Below, piece by piece: positions 45,567 through 54,412 of a stretch of 64,000 nucleotides of DNA (position 1 is its first letter; the number at the start of each line of letters is the position of its first letter). The position numbers and the translations under genes were made by a program. Below the pieces are notes generated by a model, which made no database searches, was not told where the DNA came from, and saw nothing but the letters and a program-made list of their open reading frames with translations. The stretch is from the NCBI GenBank assembly GCA_023229865.1, contig JALNYL010000002.1:27577-91576 (forward strand). The letters are read 5' to 3'. The stretch is from Minisyncoccota bacterium. Lineage in GTDB: Bacteria; Patescibacteriota; Minisyncoccia; Phycocordibacterales; UBA1550.

Positions 45567-46943
45567 ATGAGCAAACGAAATTTAATAATTATCACAGTTG
45601 TCATTCTCTCTCTTCTTGGAGGAGGAGCTTACTGGTACTACTCTCAAAAAGGCGCTCTTCCTGGAGGTGATATATTATTTCCAGGAGGAAGTGGTACCCG
45701 AACGGATGGGGGAGGTACGACCACAGAGCAGCCAACAGACGAAGATACCTTTACTCCAGGAGTAGACACGAGACTTCCTCGCCTCTACCAGCTCCACATC
45801 ACTCCCACTTCTGGTGTTGGCTTTTTTGAAGCAAAAGACAAAAAGGGTGTCGTAACCAACAGAACCGTGCGCTATGTCGAACGTGGACTTGGACACATTT
45901 TTGAAACACAGCTTTCTACTTATGTTGAATCACGTATTGTAAACGAAACTCGCCCTCGCATTTCAGAAGCACTCTGGGGAAACAGTGGAAACAGTGTGGT
46001 TTTTCGATTCCTTGATACAACGGAAGGGGCGACAATAAAGACACGCATCATAAACCTTTCGTCTCCTTTTGCAACTTCTTCGTCAGAATTTTTAACAACG
46101 GAAGAGCTTTACCTTCCTGACTCGATTCCTTTTATGGCGACAGCAGAGGATGGAACCAACGGATTGTTCTACCTCGCTGAAAAAGACGGGACTTTCACAA
46201 CGTTCCAAAACCTTAACGCCTCAAAAATATTTAACTCTGTATTTACTGAGTGGCTCCCCCAGTTCCCAAGCCAAAAACTTGTAACGCTCACTTCACGACC
46301 ATCTGAAAAAGTTCCTGGGCACATGTTCTTCCTTGACCCAAAAACAAAAGCGGTGACAAAGATTCTTGGCAACATTAACGGCCTCACCACGCTCACAAGC
46401 CACGATGGAAAATTTGTTCTTGCTTCCGAATCAAGAAATGGGGCACCAGAACTTTCAGTGTACGACGTTACCAAGAAAACAATGCTTCCTATTTATTTGC
46501 GCGGTCTCCCTGAGAAGTGCGTATGGGGGACAAAGAACCCAACATTAGTGTACTGCGGGGTCCCCGAGGCGCTTACAAACGCTAGTTACCCAGATCAGTG
46601 GTACCAAGGGGTTGTCTCTTTTTCTGACTCACTCTGGGAGATCAACGCGGAAACTCTTGCTGTTCGCAAAGTTTTCACTCCAAAAGATTTCAAAGCCCCT
46701 GCTCTTGATATGACCAATCTCTCCCTTTCTTCGGATGATGCGTATCTTGTGTTTATCAACAAACTAACGAGCACGCCATGGGTGTACAGTATCGTTGAAC
46801 CACTTCCACCACCTACTCCTATCACTGTTCCCGTGGCGGGAACAAGCACTCCAGTAGGGAGCACCTCGACATTGACAGGAACAACCACAAGGGCTGCAGT
46901 TCCTCCTTCAGTAGTAACCTCCGACATGCAGAAGCTCAAGTAG
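45567..46943 (+). CDS. Hypothetical membrane-anchored secreted protein (beta-propeller-like?)
   Basis: 458 aa. N-terminal TM IIITVVILSLLGGGAYWYY. G/T-rich linker. C-terminal T/P/S-rich tail. Confidence 0.4.
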   Translation: MSKRNLIIITVVILSLLGGGAYWYYSQKGALPGGDILFPGGSGTRTDGGGTTTEQPTDEDTFTPGVDTRLPRLYQLHITPTSGVGFFEAKDKKGVVTNRTVRYVERGLGHIFETQLSTYVESRIVNETRPRISEALWGNSGNSVVFRFLDTTEGATIKTRIINLSSPFATSSSEFLTTEELYLPDSIPFMATAEDGTNGLFYLAEKDGTFTTFQNLNASKIFNSVFTEWLPQFPSQKLVTLTSRPSEKVPGHMFFLDPKTKAVTKILGNINGLTTLTSHDGKFVLASESRNGAPELSVYDVTKKTMLPIYLRGLPEKCVWGTKNPTLVYCGVPEALTNASYPDQWYQGVVSFSDSLWEINAETLAVRKVFTPKDFKAPALDMTNLSLSSDDAYLVFINKLTSTPWVYSIVEPLPPPTPITVPVAGTSTPVGSTSTLTGTTTRAAVPPSVVTSDMQKLK

Positions 46944-47004
46944 CCACATTATAAAAACCGCCGAGCACCTGTCTGGTGCTCGGCGGTTTTTATAATGTGG
47001 CTAC
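46940..47004. terminator. Stop-to-stop perfect palindrome / bidirectional terminator between convergent ORF 45567-46943 and yidC
   Basis: gTAGccacattataaaaaccgccgagcacc-tgtc-tggtgctcggcggtttttataatgtggCTAc. A perfect ~30-bp arm palindrome that includes both genes' stop codons. Confidence 0.65.
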
Positions 47005-47729
47005 TTAATAGCCTCTTTCGCCATCTTCTTTACATAGAGCTCATGAGCAATCGAGAACATGTTGCTTGTTGCCCAATAAAGCGCGATTGCCGCTGAAATA
47101 GAGTACGAGATACCAAACACGATCACGGGAAGCACGTAGCGCATCTGAACATTCATGCTGCGCGCAAAGTCATCCTTGAATGATGGTTTCGCATCCTTGT
47201 CGGCCGGAGCCATTGGAGGAATAGAGAGTTTGATTTGATAATACTGCGTAACGGCTGCGAGAAGAGCAAGGACGCCACTCTTTGCCGAAAGCAAAACCCC
47301 CAAGAACATCATGCTTATTGCCTCAGGAAGGTGAATGAATGAGTAAAGATGTTCCGCGTTAAGATTGGGGAGTCCTTTAAAGAACACAAAGTAGAGCGCA
47401 AAGATAATAGGGAGCTGTACCACGATGAGAAGACAGCCGGAAAGGGGATTAACTCCATGTTCCTTGTAAAACTCCATCATCTTGCGCGCCTGTTCTTGCT
47501 TGTCGTCCTTGTGCTTTTCCTTGATCTTCTCAAGGTGTGGCGCGAGTTCGCGCATCTTTGCCTGAGAAACAACTTGCTTGTGTGAAAGAGGGAGGAGTGC
47601 TCCGCGGACTACAATTGTTAATAAAATAATCGCAACACCAACGTTTGCTCCCGGGACGGTCGAGATAATAAAAACGAGGGTGTTATAAAGTGGCTGATAT
47701 AAAAATGTTGAAAAAATTCCTGGTTCCAT
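47001..47729 (-). CDS. yidC: Membrane protein insertase YidC (short Oxa1-type)
   Basis: 242 aa, 5 TM helices. Conserved order yidC-yidD-rnpA-rpmH. Confidence 0.8.
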   Translation of the reverse strand: MEPGIFSTFLYQPLYNTLVFIISTVPGANVGVAIILLTIVVRGALLPLSHKQVVSQAKMRELAPHLEKIKEKHKDDKQEQARKMMEFYKEHGVNPLSGCLLIVVQLPIIFALYFVFFKGLPNLNAEHLYSFIHLPEAISMMFLGVLLSAKSGVLALLAAVTQYYQIKLSIPPMAPADKDAKPSFKDDFARSMNVQMRYVLPVIVFGISYSISAAIALYWATSNMFSIAHELYVKKMAKEAIK

Positions 47730-47761
47730 TCGAGTATCTTACCGCGAATAACCCCTCTTTG

Positions 47762-47992
47762 CTAGGGGAGTGGATCTATGTGATTCTTTTGCCAAGGGTG
47801 ACAGCGGAGGATACGACGCGCCCCCAGGAAAACGCCCTTAAAAACACCGTATTTCAAAACCGCCTGCTTGGTATACTCAGAGCACGTAGGATAAAAAACG
47901 CAGGTCGTTCCTTTTTTAAGAGAAAACATCCCCGTATCGAGGGATAGATATTTTTGGTAGAAATTAATGAGAAAAACGACAAAATTACGCAT
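47762..47992 (-). CDS. yidD: Membrane protein insertion efficiency factor YidD
   Basis: 76 aa. CVFYPTCSEYTKQAVLKYG and RILRCHPW are YidD hallmarks. Confidence 0.85.
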   Translation of the reverse strand: MRNFVVFLINFYQKYLSLDTGMFSLKKGTTCVFYPTCSEYTKQAVLKYGVFKGVFLGARRILRCHPWQKNHIDPLP

Positions 47993-48002
47993 AAAATGAG
48001 GT

Positions 48003-48374
48003 CTATTTGAGCAGATTGGCTGTTTTAAACGCTTTTTCCATCTCTGCTTTAAGGTTTTGGAAGGTTTCTTTCTTTGCTTCTATTTTTGGATAGATAACAA
48101 CAGTTGTGGAACCTTCAATTTGCTTTAAAATAGGGGCTACGAGGTCATAAAAGCGCCTGCGGAGAGTATTTCTGTCTACTGCTGTCTTGGCTGTCTTTTT
48201 TGAAACAACAACAGAAACACGGCTTATTTCTGACTCTTTTCCTCCCTTTTTATAGAAAACAGCGGTAAAAAGCTTTTTGTCTACGTCCGAAACGCGCTTC
48301 TGGGAAAGCGGAAATCCCTTCACGTTCTGTGAAGGGAATTCTTTTCTAGATATACGGTTCTTACGGGGAAGCAT
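48003..48374 (-). CDS. rnpA: Ribonuclease P protein component
   Basis: 123 aa. Basic protein with KNRISRKEF and RNTLRRRFYD RnpA motifs. Confidence 0.85.
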   Translation of the reverse strand: MLPRKNRISRKEFPSQNVKGFPLSQKRVSDVDKKLFTAVFYKKGGKESEISRVSVVVSKKTAKTAVDRNTLRRRFYDLVAPILKQIEGSTTVVIYPKIEAKKETFQNLKAEMEKAFKTANLLK

Positions 48375-48394
48375 AGTGTTACCCCAAAAAGGGA

Positions 48395-48532
48395 CTAAAC
48401 TGTTGTGAGACGCTTGCGACCCTTTTGGCGGCGAGCTTTCAAAACATCACGTCCACTTTTGGTTTCTGAACGAACGAGAAAACCATGCGTTGTTGCGCGC
48501 TTTTTCTTCTTTGGCTGATATGTTTGAGACAT
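48395..48532 (-). CDS. rpmH: 50S ribosomal protein L34
   Basis: Not in the ORF track because it is 45 aa. Reverse-complement translation [45 protein letters not shown] matches the L34 consensus. Confidence 0.85.
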   Translation of the reverse strand: MSQTYQPKKKKRATTHGFLVRSETKSGRDVLKARRQKGRKRLTTV

Positions 48533-48784
48533 AGTAGAGATACCATACACCATATCTCAAAAAAAATCCAGCCCACCATTCAAAAACACCAAATTATCAA
48601 GAATTTCTTAAACTGGAGCCTTTGTCGTATAATGCGCTAACTGAGGAGCGTAAATTCTCTGTAAACATTGAGGGGAAACGCTGTCCACAAGTTATCCACA
48701 CCCTATTAACCAACTCATCCACCTCAACCCTTTCTGTATTTCTTTAACTCAGAATATAATGGAGGAACGAATTTAAATAACCGT

Positions 48785-50143
48785 ATGCAAAACAACGCAC
48801 AACTCTGGGAAAAAGCTCTTTTTGCACTCGAAGGTGAGCTTTCTCGCGCAAACTTCAGCACGTGGTTCAAAAACACCGCCATCATCAAGCAAGATGATGG
48901 GACGATCGTTATTGGTGTTCCTAATGAGTTTGTAAAGGACTGGCTCCAGAACAAATTTCACAAAACAATTCTTCATTCTCTTCGCAATCTTTCGGAGAAC
49001 GTGCGTGCGGTTGAATATTCTGTGTGCAAAATAGAGGAACCAAAAACAGAAAAGAAGTCTGTTGAAGCTCCAAAGTCCGCTCCTGTAGCAGAGCTTCCTC
49101 TTTCAAATCTTTATGTAAACAGAGAGGACGGATTAAATCCTCGCTATACTTTTGATGATTTTATTATTGGTGCGTTTAACGAACTCGCCTACGCAGCATC
49201 TCAGGCTATTCTTAAAAAAGTGGGGACCAACGTTTACAACCCTCTCTTTATCTATGGAAATACCGGGCTCGGCAAAACACACCTCATTCAAGCAATCGGT
49301 AATGAGGTAAAGAAACACTATCCTAATAAACGCGTGTTTTACACGACGTCTGAAAAATTTTCTGTTGACTACATCAACTCAGTAGGGCAGGGGTCAAAAG
49401 CTATGGCGGCATTTAAAAACAAGTACCGCGTGTATGATCTTTTGATTATGGATGACATTCAATTTTTGTCGAACAAAGAAAAAACTCAGGAAGAGCTTTT
49501 CCATATTTTTAATGAGCTCTATCACAACAATAAGCAGATTATTTTCTCATCTGATAAACACCCTAATTACATCCCAGCTCTTGAGTCACGTCTCAAGTCT
49601 CGTTTTAGTGCGGGAATGATTGTTGATGTTCAGGAACCAGAATATGAATCACGCCTCGCTATTCTTCGTGCGAAAGCAGAGACACAAAAGTTTTTCCCTC
49701 CTCAAGAAATTATTGAGTATCTCGCTTCTTCCGTTCAGGGAAACATTCGTGAACTCGAAGGACTTTTGAATGGCATCGTTTGTCAGTCAGAACTTAAAAA
49801 CAGAAATCTCACCCTTAATGAGATAAAACCTTTTATCAAAAATACCTCAAAGCCTAAAAAACTCTTGTCAGTAAAGGAGATTGTAAAGGTTATTTCTGAT
49901 TTCTATAACATTGAAGAATCTTTCGTCTATGATAAAACGAGACGAAAGGAGGTTTTGAAGCCTCGACAAATTGCGATGTTTATTCTTCGCGAAGACTTCA
50001 ATATCTCATACCCAACAATAGGACAGAAGCTCGGTGGGCGAGATCATACCACCGTGATGCACTCCTGTGAGAAAGTGAAAGAGGATATTAAAAATGATCT
50101 CTCTCTTATGCAGGAAGTGGATCAGATACGCGCAATGTTTTAA
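48785..50143 (+). CDS. dnaA: Chromosomal replication initiator protein DnaA
   Basis: 452 aa. AAA+ Walker A GNTGLGKTHLIQAIGN. Sensor/box motifs. C-terminal DNA-binding domain GQKLGGRDHTTVMHSCEKV. Confidence 0.95.
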   Translation: MQNNAQLWEKALFALEGELSRANFSTWFKNTAIIKQDDGTIVIGVPNEFVKDWLQNKFHKTILHSLRNLSENVRAVEYSVCKIEEPKTEKKSVEAPKSAPVAELPLSNLYVNREDGLNPRYTFDDFIIGAFNELAYAASQAILKKVGTNVYNPLFIYGNTGLGKTHLIQAIGNEVKKHYPNKRVFYTTSEKFSVDYINSVGQGSKAMAAFKNKYRVYDLLIMDDIQFLSNKEKTQEELFHIFNELYHNNKQIIFSSDKHPNYIPALESRLKSRFSAGMIVDVQEPEYESRLAILRAKAETQKFFPPQEIIEYLASSVQGNIRELEGLLNGIVCQSELKNRNLTLNEIKPFIKNTSKPKKLLSVKEIVKVISDFYNIEESFVYDKTRRKEVLKPRQIAMFILREDFNISYPTIGQKLGGRDHTTVMHSCEKVKEDIKNDLSLMQEVDQIRAMF

Positions 50144-50399
50144 TTTATTATTTTAAACCCTGTGTACTACTTGTGGATAAATTTAAAAACGAGTGTGAAT
50201 AAATCCTCATAACATTTATAAAAAACATTATGAAAAAAGTTTATAAACAATTCCAAAAAAGTTATCCACAGAAATTGATAATGGATGTAGTTAAAATAAG
50301 TAGTAAACAAAAGGAAATTAAAGAGTTATCCACTTATCCACATCTATAGTATTAAAAATAAGTATTTATATAAATAATAATAAACACCTTTAAAAGAAT
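50144..50399. promoter_or_regulatory. Putative oriC (dnaA-dnaN intergenic): DnaA-box cluster plus AT-rich unwinding element
   Basis: TGTGGATAA at 50173 (reverse-complement TTATCCACA). GTTATCCACA at 50263. Tandem GTTATCCACTTATCCACA at ~50328. Followed by a highly AT-rich stretch atagtattaaaaataagtatttatataaataataataaacacc. Additional boxes lie upstream of dnaA (TGTCCACAAGTTATCCACA at ~48683). Confidence 0.65.
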
Positions 50400-51500
50400 A
50401 TGAACTTCACTTGTAATAGAGAAACTCTTCAAAAATATATAACCAACGCCGAGAGGGTTACAGGGAAGAATTCATCACTTCCTATTCTCAGTTCTGTTTT
50501 GATTGCTACAAATGGGAAGTCTTTAGTTATTCGTTCAACCAATCTCGAAGTAGGAGTTGAGTTTCAAATTCCTGCTGAAATAAAAGAAGAAGGAAGTGTT
50601 GCTGTTTCAGGATCTCTTTTTTCAAATATTCTTATGAGTATTCCTGATGAAGAATCAGTTACCGTTTCTGTAAAAGATAGTGTTTGTAAAATAATAACCA
50701 AAACAAAAAATATCACGGTCAAAGGACTTCTTCCTGATGATTTTCCTACTATCCCGGTGATTAATGAAGGAGAAAGTTTTACGATTCAATCACAGGTTTT
50801 TATTCAAGGAGTTAAATCAGTTCTTATGAGTGCTGCTATTTCTGATATTAAACCAGAGATTTCAAGCGTATATGTGTATCAAAAAGAGAAGAGCTTGGTA
50901 TTTGTCGCTACGGACTCTTTCCGTCTCGCTGAGAAGAAAATAGACTACAACGGAGAGGAACTTTCTCAAGGAGTTATTATTCCTGTAAAAAATATTATGG
51001 AAATAGTAAAACTTTTTGATGGAGTTATGGAAAACATACTCTTTAAAATAACAAAAACACAGATTTCTTGTGTTAGTAAATCGGTATATGTAACATCACG
51101 CGTTATTCAAGGGGTTTATCCAGACTATGAACAGATTCTTCCTAAAAATAACACTACGGAAATAGTGATGTTAAAACAAGATCTTATTAATACTCTTAAA
51201 CTCTCAACTCTTTTTTCGGATAAATTTAATAAAATTCAGTTTATTGTTGAACCATCTCAGAAAAAATGTTTAGTTTTTACAAAAAATTCTGATATTGGAG
51301 AAACAGAGTCAAATCTTACAGTGACGATGTCGGGAGAACCAATAGAAATATCATTAAATGGGAAACATCTCTTTGATTGTCTCAGTGTTATCGCGGAAGA
51401 TAGTATTGTAATGCAGTGTAATGGTTCAAATAAACCAGCAGTGATTCGTGGTCTTGGAGATAACTCATTTGTGTATCTCACTATGCCACTTACTAAATAA
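50400..51500 (+). CDS. dnaN: DNA polymerase III beta subunit (sliding clamp)
   Basis: 366 aa. Three-domain beta-clamp pattern. Sits immediately downstream of dnaA/oriC. Confidence 0.9.
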   Translation: MNFTCNRETLQKYITNAERVTGKNSSLPILSSVLIATNGKSLVIRSTNLEVGVEFQIPAEIKEEGSVAVSGSLFSNILMSIPDEESVTVSVKDSVCKIITKTKNITVKGLLPDDFPTIPVINEGESFTIQSQVFIQGVKSVLMSAAISDIKPEISSVYVYQKEKSLVFVATDSFRLAEKKIDYNGEELSQGVIIPVKNIMEIVKLFDGVMENILFKITKTQISCVSKSVYVTSRVIQGVYPDYEQILPKNNTTEIVMLKQDLINTLKLSTLFSDKFNKIQFIVEPSQKKCLVFTKNSDIGETESNLTVTMSGEPIEISLNGKHLFDCLSVIAEDSIVMQCNGSNKPAVIRGLGDNSFVYLTMPLTK

Positions 51501-51505
51501 ACATT

Positions 51506-51760
51506 ATGATTCCTTTAAACCAACTTCTTAATCGGTTTAAAAACCTCACTAATAGCGAAAAGGTTAAAAAACAACTTGTGGTAGAAATTTTAACAAACAA
51601 AAAAATTCCTATTACGATTGATCAAATTTCTATTTCAAAAACCACCGTTTTTACAAAAGTTCCTCCTATTATAAAAACAGAACTTCTTTTCCAGAAAGAA
51701 GAAATATTAAAAGAAATACAAAAAATTTCCGGACTTACTACGATATCAAATATTCAGTAA
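51506..51760 (+). CDS. Hypothetical small protein downstream of dnaN (possibly DUF721/DciA-like)
   Basis: 84 aa. The assignment rests on its position after dnaN and on its basic/hydrophobic pattern. No firm motif. Confidence 0.3.
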   Translation: MIPLNQLLNRFKNLTNSEKVKKQLVVEILTNKKIPITIDQISISKTTVFTKVPPIIKTELLFQKEEILKEIQKISGLTTISNIQ

Positions 51761-51813
51761 TCCATTAAAAAAGCGCGCGGCACAAAGTGCCGCGCGCTTT
51801 TTTAATGGATTAC
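51757..51813. terminator. Stop-to-stop perfect palindrome / bidirectional terminator
   Basis: gTAAtccattaaaaaagcgcgcggcac-aaa-gtgccgcgcgcttttttaatggaTTAc. Includes the stop codons of both convergent genes. Confidence 0.65.
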
Positions 51814-54341
51814 TCTTCAGAGATAAGAAGTTGTGCAGACCCGGTCCCCTTATTAAGAATAGAATCATACACCACCGCAGTAAGAGAATTGTACGTAGTA
51901 AGAGAACCAAAATCTTGCGGTGTAAAAGAGAAAACAAAAGGTTCTGCAGTTTTTTTGCCGACAAGCTCGCCATTCAAAAATAATTCAACACGAGAAACAG
52001 GGTAGCGACTCATTGTTGATACGGAAAGCGTTATAACCTCGTCAGGTTTATGAGAAAGGGTAATATCTGTGCCGCTTAAGGTAACAGAAGAGACTGCATC
52101 ACTACTGTGATTGTTGTCATACTCCGTCGGAATGCCACTACGGTCGCCCTCAGCGATATTTTTTGAGGCAACCCAAGCGCGGACAGGAATTTCCCAAAGA
52201 GAGTACTGAGAGTCATTCTGAGGGTTTATAGGAGGGGTCCCTCGTGGTTCAGTTTTGTTTACCCAATGGAGAATAGTATGAACCTCAGGAACAACAATCG
52301 TTCCTTTCATTTCAGCTGGAGTCAGCGCCGTTGCGAGCTTCCCCGAAGAACGATCTATTACATATCTATCACCTCCTTGCCAAATCCCCTGAAGAGGAGC
52401 AGGAAGAATGGTTAAATCTTCTTTTTCTGGAGCAATAAATTTTTCATTTGGGGAAACCTTCATTGCTTCAGCCATAAATGCGTGCCAAATCGGCGTAATA
52501 ATAAATCCCGCAATATTTTTTTGGAGAGGAGTGTTGTCGTTGTTTCCTGCCCACATACCAACAGCGATGTTTGGAGTGTATCCTACTGTCCATACATCAC
52601 GGAAGTCGTTGGTGGTACCTGTTTTAACCGCGACGTCTTTGCCGGGGAAATACAGTGCTGAGTTTGCACCGAACTCTGGAGTACGCGCGACGTTGTCGGC
52701 GAGAATATTAGTAACCTTGCGCGCAATTTCAGAAGGGAAGACTTGCTCACTTGTTTGTTTAAATTCTTCTACAACAGTTCCATCTTTCGCTTCTATGCGA
52801 AGAATGGCGGTGTTGGGATTTCTTGTACCGTCGTTTGCAAAAACACCATAGGCCCCCGTGAGATCAAGGAGAGAAACTTCGCCGCCTCCAAGCACAAGGG
52901 TAAGTCCATACTGATTTGCACTACCAAGACTTTCTATCCCCATACGGCGCGCGGTTGTGAGAGAATCGTTGATCCCTGCAAGATACAATGTTTTTACTGC
53001 GGGGATGTTGAGAGATTGTGCGAGTGCATCACGCATCGAAATAGGGCCACGATATTTCCCATCGTAGTTTTCTGGCATATAACAATCCTCGGGTTTAATT
53101 TTTGGAGAGTAGGGAACACCCTGTGCATCACAGTTGGTACTGAAATTTGTCTTGAGGTCAAAGAGTACTGTCTCGGGTGTATATCCCTTCATAAACGCCG
53201 TCCCGTAAACGAACGGCTTAAAAGTAGAACCTGGCTGACGATGCGCGAGCGCAACGTTGAAGTTACCTTCTTTTTTAACATCAAAATAATCACGCGACCC
53301 CACCATCGAGAGAACCTGGCCATTTGTAGGATCTACGGCAACGAGCGCCATGTTTGAAGCGTTGAAGTTTTTCTCGAGGTCAGGAGCGGCGTTTGTAATG
53401 ATTTCCTCAGCTTTCTTTTGAAGGTCGTAATTCAATGTCGTGATGACGCGGTAACCATTTTCTTGTACCGCAAGTTCTCCATATTTATTGGCGAGATATT
53501 CTTTTACCCACTCAACAAAGTGAGGGGCTTTGATTCCCGTCGGCTCCTTAGGAAGAAACTCAATTTTTTCTGCGCGCGCAGCCACGAGCTCCTCGCTCGT
53601 AATATAGCCGAGCTCGTTCATGCGACGAAGTACGAGATTTTTGCGTTCGTCGAGTTTATCGCGATGATTGCCGTACGGAGAGTAGTATGTGGGAGCGTTG
53701 GGGATAGCGGCGAGATATGCAGACTCTGCGAGGGTAAGATCCTTCGCCTCTTTTCCAAAAAATGTTTTGGTTGCCTCCCCGATGCCGTAGATGCTGCCAC
53801 CGTAAGGAATCTCATTTAAATAAAGAGCAAGAATCTCGTCTTTTTCAAAAGCCCCCTCAAGGCGGAAGGAAAGAAGAATCTCTTTTAGTTTGCGTGTGAT
53901 GAGCTTTTCATCGGTGAGCATGGTCTTCTTGATCACCTGCTGAGTAATTGTTGAGCCACCACCACGTGTTCCTCCGTAAATAATCGCGCGAGCGACCCCA
54001 CGGAAACTAACTCCGTGATGTTCGTAAAAAGCCGAGTCCTCAATAGAGATAACCGCCTTTTTTACCCAAGGAGAAATATCAGCAAAGGGAACAATCGTGC
54101 GCTTTACATTTTGGTGCACATCATAGAGAAGGATTTTCCCCGTGCGGTCGTAGATTTTTGTGGATTGCGCAACCTTGCGGTCGTGGAATTCAGTAAAATC
54201 AGGAAGCTTCATAAAAGAAGTCCAAAGAATGAGCACTCCCGCAAAAAGAAAAGCACCACCGACAAAGAAAAGAGCCACCGCTTTCCAGTGGTTTAAAATG
54301 TAACGCAATTTTGATTTGTGTGAGCGGGCGCGTCGCACCAT
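51810..54341 (-). CDS. Class A penicillin-binding protein (PBP1A-type glycosyltransferase + transpeptidase) with C-terminal extension
   Basis: 843 aa. N-terminal TM. GT51 motifs ISIEDSAFYEHHGV and GGSTITQQVIK. Transpeptidase SxxK-context STFKPFVY, SLN and KTGTT. Confidence 0.9.
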   Translation of the reverse strand: MVRRARSHKSKLRYILNHWKAVALFFVGGAFLFAGVLILWTSFMKLPDFTEFHDRKVAQSTKIYDRTGKILLYDVHQNVKRTIVPFADISPWVKKAVISIEDSAFYEHHGVSFRGVARAIIYGGTRGGGSTITQQVIKKTMLTDEKLITRKLKEILLSFRLEGAFEKDEILALYLNEIPYGGSIYGIGEATKTFFGKEAKDLTLAESAYLAAIPNAPTYYSPYGNHRDKLDERKNLVLRRMNELGYITSEELVAARAEKIEFLPKEPTGIKAPHFVEWVKEYLANKYGELAVQENGYRVITTLNYDLQKKAEEIITNAAPDLEKNFNASNMALVAVDPTNGQVLSMVGSRDYFDVKKEGNFNVALAHRQPGSTFKPFVYGTAFMKGYTPETVLFDLKTNFSTNCDAQGVPYSPKIKPEDCYMPENYDGKYRGPISMRDALAQSLNIPAVKTLYLAGINDSLTTARRMGIESLGSANQYGLTLVLGGGEVSLLDLTGAYGVFANDGTRNPNTAILRIEAKDGTVVEEFKQTSEQVFPSEIARKVTNILADNVARTPEFGANSALYFPGKDVAVKTGTTNDFRDVWTVGYTPNIAVGMWAGNNDNTPLQKNIAGFIITPIWHAFMAEAMKVSPNEKFIAPEKEDLTILPAPLQGIWQGGDRYVIDRSSGKLATALTPAEMKGTIVVPEVHTILHWVNKTEPRGTPPINPQNDSQYSLWEIPVRAWVASKNIAEGDRSGIPTEYDNNHSSDAVSSVTLSGTDITLSHKPDEVITLSVSTMSRYPVSRVELFLNGELVGKKTAEPFVFSFTPQDFGSLTTYNSLTAVVYDSILNKGTGSAQLLISEE

Positions 54342-54412
54342 AGAGTACTTATATCATACAATAAAAAGAGTGGGTAGGCGAGCGCGGTGTCCTGTGATAA
54401 AATAGTTTTAAT

